DNA from: a virus
Lineage: Duplodnaviria; Caudoviricetes
Virus record (IMG/VR): IMGVR_UViG_3300025751_000087
Coordinates: 1-31,565 of that record
Length of the DNA stretch: 31,565 bases
Strand: one strand, 5' to 3'
Position 1 is the first letter of the stretch. Each line of letters starts with the position of its first letter. Below, one piece after another: positions 24,954-31,565 of this stretch. The notes under the pieces were generated by a model. That model was not told the origin of the DNA and made no database searches. It saw only the letters and a list, made by a program, of their open reading frames with translations. The translations under genes and the position numbers were made by a program.

Positions 24954-27900
24954 ATGCCAAGTTATAACGTTTTAGATGGAAATGAAGGTTTTAAAAGATT
25001 CAAGGTTAATGGGAGTGGAACAAATGATGATCCATATATACCAGTCATGAGTGTTAAAGTTGACCCTGATGTAACCAGCGTCACAGGTTGGAGTACGCCA
25101 TTATCAGACGCGAATGTACCAAGTGAAAAACTTGTAAAAGAAACTATTGATAATCAAGAAATTACAGCAGCAAGTTTTAATACTACTAATGGAGTTTTAA
25201 CGCTCACTAAAACAGATGGAAATATTATTGTTGACCTAGATGGTCGATATTTAACGACTATCACGTCAATAGATGCAGATGTTGTAACCGTTTCTAATTT
25301 GGAAATTGATAATTTTAAATCGAGTGCTATTGTTACTGAATCTGAGGGCATTTCTAATAACGATAACGATACAACAATTCCAACAAGTGCAGCGGTTAAA
25401 GACTATGTAGATAATACAGTTATCCCCGATACTAATACTTATGTAACAAGTGCTAGTTTTAATACAAGTGATGGGGTATTAACACTAACATTAAATGATG
25501 CGTCAACCGTCACAGTCGATTTAGACGGGCGATTTTTGCAAAATATCGTTGAAGACACTGCGCCACAATTAGGTGCAGATTTAGATTTAAACTCGAATAA
25601 TATTACAGGTACAGGCGATATTGATATAACGGGCGAAATTACAGCTACTACACTTATAGGCAATATGCGTGGGGCAACAATATTTAAAGCCAAGGCAGGG
25701 GAAGCCTTAACCAAGGGTGACCCAGTGTATATATCAGGTGATGATCTTACAGGGAATCAGCCCGTTGTATCCATTGCCGATTCTGACGACGTAAATAAAA
25801 TGCCTTGTTTTGGATTGGCTGCAGAAACAGTTAATGCAAATGCAAATGTTAATGTGGTCACGTTTGGAACACTTAGTGGGCTAGATACGTCATCGTATAG
25901 CCAAGGAGATATTTTATATATATCAACAACTGGTACATTAACAGCAACTAAACCTACTGGGGAATCATCACTTATACAAAATATTGGCAAGGTTATGAGA
26001 AGTCATGCCAGTGTAGGAAGTATTAAAGTCGGTGGTGCTGGACGTACCAATGATGTTCCTAATTTGAACGACGGAAATGTATTTATTGGGAATTCGAGTA
26101 ATCAATCACAGACTAGGGCTTTAACCCTTGATGATGTAGCTGAGACAGTTGACAAAAAAATATTTACAGCTACGGAACAAACAAAGTTATCAGGCATTGA
26201 GGACAATGCTACAGCAGACCAAACAGCAAGTGAAATAAAAACAGCTTATGAGTCTAATACTAATACAAATGCATTTACAGATTCAGAAAAAACAAAGCTT
26301 ACTGGCATAGCAACAGGCGCAGAAGTCAATGTGCAGGCAAATTGGACTGAAACTGACTCAGGATCAGATGCTTATATACAAAATAAGCCTACAACTATAA
26401 CGAGTGCAGAACAAACTAAGCTTGGCCATATAACAGTCAGTCAGGCAGTAGACCTAGACACGATGGAATCTGACATTACGACTAACAATGCAAAAGTCAC
26501 TAATGCAACTCACACGGGTGATGTTACAGGATCAGAAGCACTAACAATAGCAAATGAGGCTGTTACTAATGCTAAAATGGCACACGTTGCTACTGGAACT
26601 GTTAAAGGTCGAACAAGTGCATTGTCTGGTGATGTAGAAGACTTGGACATTGATACAACATTTAAAACCGCATTAAATTTAAGCAAAACAGATGTTGGTT
26701 TGGGAAATGTAAGTAATATAGATACAACAAACGCAAGTAACATATCAAGTGGTACACTTGCCGAAGCAAGATTGCCAAGTAATATTGACGCAACAAAAAT
26801 TGCGGATGGTACAATATCAAATACAGAGTTTCAATATTTAGATGGAGTCACTAGTAACATTCAAACCCAAATAAATAACGTGAGTAGTGGTGGTATAACA
26901 AGTGTAGAAGCAGACACAACACCAGTTTTAGGCGGTAACTTAGATGCGAACGACAAAAAAATAGAAGCAGTAGATTTATTAAATTTAAGAAGCGCGCCTT
27001 CTAATAGTTTAACAAATATAGGTGATATTAATTATAATACTTCTTACGATACTTTAGAGCTTAAAAATGATATTGGTGAAATACTAATAGGTCAGACCAC
27101 TGAAATACATGTAACTAATCAAACAGGAGGGGCTTTATCTAATGGGATCGCAGTTTATAAATCTGGAATAGTAAGTGGTAAAATATCAATAGGTTACATG
27201 TTAGCCAATGGCACTATAGCAGCTAAAGATTATTTAGGTATTACAACTGAATCTATTGGTAAATCAGGAGACGGAAAAGTTATAAGATTTGGGAGGTTAG
27301 ATAATTTTGATACTAGTAGTTATTCTGTAAATGATACTTTATATTTAAGTGCTAGCAGTTATGGTGGGTTTACAACTACACAGCCAACAGGCTCAAATGT
27401 AGCTATAGCTACTGCTACAGTTTTGACTAGCTCAACTAGTGGCTCTATTTGGGTAAATGCTAATAATATAGACTTAAATGCTAGTGGCTCTAGTCTTACA
27501 GTTGATACAACGCTAAGTACAACCTCAACTAACCCAGTAGAAAATCAAGCTGTCACTAATGAAATAAACACAAAGCAAGACACGATAACTGGAACTACAG
27601 ATATTACTTTAAATGAGCTTACTACAAATGGCGATATTACGGTAAAGGAAGATCAAGACATGTCAATTGTCTTGGGTAGGCTAAGAATAGATTCAAGATT
27701 TTCTGATACATGGAACTTGAGCCATTACGACTTGCCAAGTACATCACAATATCAATTTAGTGGAAATTTAAATACTTTGTTTTTAAATGGCGCATTATAT
27801 GTCAGGTTGCAAGCTGGGGGAAACACTATCGCAAGTGTGATCGATGACGGTATAGAGTTTGAATCTGGTAATCGCTACTATATGAGAAATAATGCAAATC

Positions 27901-28388
27901 TTTTTCATGGTCTTAACACAGACGATCAAACACCAGGCACTACAGCAACTTCTTATTTTGCAGTTTTTGGATCTAGACCCGTAAGTAATACAGATATATA
28001 TAGTTATAGCACCCCGTCCTCTTCGACTAATACAGGTATTCGATTATTGAAGGCAGGAAAATATAAAGTTTCATACACGCTCAATTGGGCTAACATTAGC
28101 TATAATAACAGGTTGAATTTTTTCAGCAGATTGGTAAAACACTCAAGCGCAATTACGCCAACTGAAACAGAATTTCCCGGCACAAGAAGCTTTGGTTACG
28201 CAAGAGATGACAATTTTGCTAAATACGCAACAACAACATGTGTAACCGTAATTGATGTTTCGGCTAATGAATACATAAAATGTAAAACTACAGTTTCTAA
28301 AAATGATAGTACTTTCGATGACAATTTCAACGGCGTTCAATATCACAGAAACAGTTCAATTGTTATTGAGTATTTAGGTAGTATTTAA
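24954..28388 (+). CDS. Long modular fibre protein (tail or head fibre) with C1q/TNF-like C-terminal domain
   Basis: Thr/Ser/Asn-rich; duplicated modules, DTxPxLGxxLD motifs, EKTKLxGI repeats, C-terminal GIRLLKAGKYKVSY; ATG 24954. Confidence 0.75.
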   Translation: MPSYNVLDGNEGFKRFKVNGSGTNDDPYIPVMSVKVDPDVTSVTGWSTPLSDANVPSEKLVKETIDNQEITAASFNTTNGVLTLTKTDGNIIVDLDGRYLTTITSIDADVVTVSNLEIDNFKSSAIVTESEGISNNDNDTTIPTSAAVKDYVDNTVIPDTNTYVTSASFNTSDGVLTLTLNDASTVTVDLDGRFLQNIVEDTAPQLGADLDLNSNNITGTGDIDITGEITATTLIGNMRGATIFKAKAGEALTKGDPVYISGDDLTGNQPVVSIADSDDVNKMPCFGLAAETVNANANVNVVTFGTLSGLDTSSYSQGDILYISTTGTLTATKPTGESSLIQNIGKVMRSHASVGSIKVGGAGRTNDVPNLNDGNVFIGNSSNQSQTRALTLDDVAETVDKKIFTATEQTKLSGIEDNATADQTASEIKTAYESNTNTNAFTDSEKTKLTGIATGAEVNVQANWTETDSGSDAYIQNKPTTITSAEQTKLGHITVSQAVDLDTMESDITTNNAKVTNATHTGDVTGSEALTIANEAVTNAKMAHVATGTVKGRTSALSGDVEDLDIDTTFKTALNLSKTDVGLGNVSNIDTTNASNISSGTLAEARLPSNIDATKIADGTISNTEFQYLDGVTSNIQTQINNVSSGGITSVEADTTPVLGGNLDANDKKIEAVDLLNLRSAPSNSLTNIGDINYNTSYDTLELKNDIGEILIGQTTEIHVTNQTGGALSNGIAVYKSGIVSGKISIGYMLANGTIAAKDYLGITTESIGKSGDGKVIRFGRLDNFDTSSYSVNDTLYLSASSYGGFTTTQPTGSNVAIATATVLTSSTSGSIWVNANNIDLNASGSSLTVDTTLSTTSTNPVENQAVTNEINTKQDTITGTTDITLNELTTNGDITVKEDQDMSIVLGRLRIDSRFSDTWNLSHYDLPSTSQYQFSGNLNTLFLNGALYVRLQAGGNTIASVIDDGIEFESGNRYYMRNNANLFHGLNTDDQTPGTTATSYFAVFGSRPVSNTDIYSYSTPSSSTNTGIRLLKAGKYKVSYTLNWANISYNNRLNFFSRLVKHSSAITPTETEFPGTRSFGYARDDNFAKYATTTCVTVIDVSANEYIKCKTTVSKNDSTFDDNFNGVQYHRNSSIVIEYLGSI

Positions 28389-28410
28389 AAAAAAAGGAGT
28401 ATAAAAAAAA

Positions 28411-28647
28411 ATGAGTTTAGAAGAAAATAAAAGCAACGTGGAATTGAAAGAATTGTATGCCAATGTACTCGAGGCTGGGAATGATTATGATAATCTACCC
28501 GACACTTATAGCAAGATAACTGCAGCAACAAAATTAAAGTTAAAAAATAAAATTGAAACCTTAAAGAAAAATAATCAATACGAATCACAATCAACCGATG
28601 AAGAAAAAGCAAAAATAGATGCTTGGTATCAATCTTCAATTTCATAA
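28411..28647 (+). CDS. Small protein, possible fibre chaperone
   Basis: SD AAGGAG; follows the fibre gene. Confidence 0.55.
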   Translation: MSLEENKSNVELKELYANVLEAGNDYDNLPDTYSKITAATKLKLKNKIETLKKNNQYESQSTDEEKAKIDAWYQSSIS

Positions 28648-28652
28648 AATTA

Positions 28653-29579
28653 ATGTTAGTTAGTGACGTTATAGATAGAATAAATACAGCAATAAGCGAC
28701 GAAGACAGCACAAAAGCGACCAGTAGCTTATTCAGCAATAAAAGAAAAGTTAGCCAACTTAAAAATGCCTTGGATGTATACGCAAGTACCACAAAAGGAA
28801 TAGAGGATATATTCAGTACGCCTGTTAATACGTCAAGCCGAGTAGTTACAGGCCCAACAGATGCCATAAGATCAGAGGCGTACAGGTTAGCGTATATATG
28901 GCGTGATGGGCGTAAAAATGCAATGAGCTTTAAAGATTTGAATTACGTAACAACTGAATTCCCCTATAACACTTACCCAGGGATTCCACGATTTTTTAAT
29001 GTTTGGAATAATGAAATAACTATTTACCCAGATAACAACAATTCAGCACAGACAACCACGCTTAACGGTGCAATTAGTGACAGTGATACAACAATTACAG
29101 TGGCCTCAACAAGTAGTTTTCCTGATTTAAATGGGCGCATAACAATAAATAATGAAAAAATACGCTATACAGCTAAGACGTCAACAACATTTACCGGATG
29201 TACTAGAGGCATTGAAGGAACAACAGCGACAGAGCATAGTGATGCCGATACAGTAACTCATAATAACTTTGTTTTACATTACAGAAAAAAGCATTTTGAG
29301 ATTAGTGTTGATGCTAATGACACCATATCACCTACTGATTTAGCTAAAGAAATGGAAATTCCAGACGAACATATTGAGCCTATAATTGATTTAGTGGCTT
29401 ACAGGCTTTTAATATTAATTGATGACTATAATAGAGCAGATAGATACAAAATTGATGCATCAGCTTTTTATAGACAAGCTAAAAATGACATTGAAGCCGG
29501 TTATGGCGATGTAATGAAAGCCGGTATGATTGGACAACCGTATGATTGGGAAGTTAATAATATAGGGAGTACAATTTGA
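28653..29579 (+). CDS. Head-tail adaptor/tail tubular protein with an inserted beta domain
   Basis: GIPRFF...ITIYP and EIPDEHIEPIIDLVAY adaptor-type motifs; precedes the nozzle gene. Confidence 0.65.
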   Translation: MLVSDVIDRINTAISDEDSTKATSSLFSNKRKVSQLKNALDVYASTTKGIEDIFSTPVNTSSRVVTGPTDAIRSEAYRLAYIWRDGRKNAMSFKDLNYVTTEFPYNTYPGIPRFFNVWNNEITIYPDNNNSAQTTTLNGAISDSDTTITVASTSSFPDLNGRITINNEKIRYTAKTSTTFTGCTRGIEGTTATEHSDADTVTHNNFVLHYRKKHFEISVDANDTISPTDLAKEMEIPDEHIEPIIDLVAYRLLILIDDYNRADRYKIDASAFYRQAKNDIEAGYGDVMKAGMIGQPYDWEVNNIGSTI

Positions 29580-31345
29580 GCTTTGTTGTAGAATCGTATC
29601 AATCTAAAGGGCTACGGGATGATAAAGGACGAAAGTTCGTATCACCGGATTATTTTTACAATATTGAAAATATGAACTATGACAACATCATAGGATGTCA
29701 AAGAATAAAAGCCCCTAGTGTTGAATATAACGTAGGAAGCAATCAAATTGATGGTGGTTATGATTTTAGATACATTGATTCAGTAGGACAATTTCAAAGT
29801 GAAAAAATAATTGTTCAAGGCGGTTCAATCATTAAAGACTTTTTAACTAGCCCTACTACGATTTATACAGGTTTAACAGCAGGTAAAAAATGCACGTTCG
29901 GAATACTAAACGATAAATTATTTATCTCAAATGGCTTTGATTATCCATTGGTTTATGATGGTACTTATGTTAAGGAAATGGGCGCACCAACAGCCAAAGA
30001 CTTGCTTGTCGCAGGTGGATTAACAGGAGCTTACTATTATGCGATGACATATGTTATTGATGGTGTCGAAATTATACTTGGAACTAAGTCAAATACAATT
30101 ACCGTATCAAGTAAAAGCATTGAGCTTGATTTACCGGTAGGGATTGCAACATGCACAGCACGTAAAATATACCGTACAGAGGCAGGGGGTAGCACATTAA
30201 AGCTACTAACAACAATTAACGATAACACCACTACAAGTTATCAAGACAATACAGCCGATGGATCACTTGGTGCAAATATACCGAGTACGAACAGTTCATG
30301 TCCAACACCACAGTTTATAACGGTAAAAGATGAAAAAATAATAGGTGCAGTAAATGCAAATAGACCTAATTACTTGTATGTAACAGAATTTGAGGTAGAA
30401 GTTTTTTTTAATACGTCAGGCGTTTATGACGTGTCGGGGGTAGGGAACGATAATTCCCCATTAACTGGATTAATAGAAGATTATAATCAGATCGTTGTTT
30501 TTTCAGAAAACCATATATATTTAGCGGACACGTCAGGGTTAACAACAAGTGTAAAACAAACAACGTCAAACGTTGGATGCATTGACGGATTTAGTATTGC
30601 TAGAATACCAGAAAATGACATATTACAAGGTGGAATTATGTTTGTTTCTAATTTATACGATGTTCGTATTTTTAGCGGTAATATTGCCACCAACTTAGCA
30701 ACAAGTTTTGATAACTTAACAACAAATAATTTTTCTAGCGCAATAAATAAAGATAGTTTAAAAAATCAGTTAAAAGATAACCGATTAGAAGCAGCATTTT
30801 TTGATTATAAATATCATTTGATTGCTGAAACATTTATGTATGTTTACGATATACGTATTTCAGGATGGACGAAGTATTTTATTAAAACAACAAGTTACAC
30901 CCCTATTTATTGGCGGTTTTTTCAGATCGACCAAACGTTGTATATTACCCAAAAAAATGCAGGTATTGTGGAGCAAATGTACAATGCTTTGAATTATCGT
31001 GGGGAAGAATTAACAGCGTTTTTTGAAACGCCTGAAATAGCGGTGGGAACAGAACAAAAATTCTATAAAAATTTATATGTGTATTATGACAAGTCAGGAA
31101 GTAATACTTTAACAGCAACTGCAACAATAGACAGCACAAAAACAGTAACTGCCACCATCACTTATGATGGAGCGTATTATGACTTTGATTATTTCGATGA
31201 AGATTATTTTGAGACGACAGAAGACGAAGAAGATTACAAAGTGGTATACATAAATAAATACGCAAATTGGATGCGTTTTAAAATAAGCACACAAACACAA
31301 GCCATTATTAAAGGATGGAAATTGGAAGGGCGTATAATTCAATGA
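29576..31345 (+). CDS. Tail nozzle/stabilisation protein (P22 gp10/T7 gp12-like beta-propeller)
   Basis: 589 aa, beta-rich; LFISNG.D, IVVFSE..IY, VGCI, YVYD...GW motifs; TTG start overlapping the adaptor stop. Confidence 0.7.
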   Translation: MSFVVESYQSKGLRDDKGRKFVSPDYFYNIENMNYDNIIGCQRIKAPSVEYNVGSNQIDGGYDFRYIDSVGQFQSEKIIVQGGSIIKDFLTSPTTIYTGLTAGKKCTFGILNDKLFISNGFDYPLVYDGTYVKEMGAPTAKDLLVAGGLTGAYYYAMTYVIDGVEIILGTKSNTITVSSKSIELDLPVGIATCTARKIYRTEAGGSTLKLLTTINDNTTTSYQDNTADGSLGANIPSTNSSCPTPQFITVKDEKIIGAVNANRPNYLYVTEFEVEVFFNTSGVYDVSGVGNDNSPLTGLIEDYNQIVVFSENHIYLADTSGLTTSVKQTTSNVGCIDGFSIARIPENDILQGGIMFVSNLYDVRIFSGNIATNLATSFDNLTTNNFSSAINKDSLKNQLKDNRLEAAFFDYKYHLIAETFMYVYDIRISGWTKYFIKTTSYTPIYWRFFQIDQTLYITQKNAGIVEQMYNALNYRGEELTAFFETPEIAVGTEQKFYKNLYVYYDKSGSNTLTATATIDSTKTVTATITYDGAYYDFDYFDEDYFETTEDEEDYKVVYINKYANWMRFKISTQTQAIIKGWKLEGRIIQ

Positions 31346-31565
31346 ATGTGGAGTATGTAACTAATAATGATATTGCTGAAATTGTTAGCTTCGGTGAACA
31401 ATGTTTTAGAAATATGAAACTCGATACATTAGGATTAAATTATTGTAAAAAAAGCCATACTCAAAACATGAAAAGGTATATTAATACAGATACTTATGTA
31501 ACTATTAAATGCATGAAAGATCAGTCTATCATTGGTTTTTTAGCAGCTTACGCATCACCACAGAT
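31213..31565. repeat. Imperfect terminal direct repeat, right copy
   Basis: Aligns to 1-353. Confidence 0.97.
31342..31565 (+). CDS. GNAT-like protein, 5' part (allelic copy of 130-591, cut by the window end)
   Basis: MNVEYVTNNDIAEIVSFGEQ...; 4 aa differences from the left copy. Confidence 0.85.
   Translation, partial: MNVEYVTNNDIAEIVSFGEQCFRNMKLDTLGLNYCKKSHTQNMKRYINTDTYVTIKCMKDQSIIGFLAAYASPQ

Noticed and set aside
1211-31342. Short opposite-strand or nested ORFs from the track (e.g. 1211-1405, 3645-3863, 9449-9676, 10399-10596, 18591-18974, 19940-20215, 25439-25714, 28385-28867)
   Set aside because: Shadows of longer, motif-bearing genes; no SD or recognisable motifs
1-31565. Stop-codon reassignment
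   Set aside because: Standard code 11 gives dense, tightly coupled full-length genes; the only break (18745-18760) is a frame change, not an in-frame stop

Overview
This window is an apparently complete, circularly permuted, AT-rich tailed dsDNA phage genome. Bases 1-353 recur at 31213-31565 with 19 substitutions, giving a unit length of about 31,212 bp. The virion genes are podovirus-like (P22/T7-type layout): terminase, portal, scaffold, major capsid, decoration protein, long fibre, adaptor, nozzle, GNAT-like protein, four ejection-type proteins and a tail-collar fibre. A minus-strand early block (5970-12164) encodes an RHH regulator, a single-strand annealing protein, Gp157, SSB, HTH proteins, a lambda-O-like initiator with internal iterons, a putative loader and RusA. 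I recognised no integrase, DNA polymerase, helicase, tRNA, CRISPR array or reverse transcriptase. The most notable observations are: (i) four promoter-plus-hairpin non-coding cassettes (three in tandem at 8983-9222, one at 19210-19330), two of which are complementary to the predicted 5' ends of the three early mRNAs, suggesting a small antisense RNA network; (ii) an L,D-transpeptidase-like lysin domain with no start codon of its own, reachable only by a -1 shift on an A10 tract at the end of a holin-like gene; (iii) a portal gene inverted relative to the other structural genes; (iv) a non-canonical terminase Walker B motif. Product calls come from motif recognition and synteny by eye; no database search was run.
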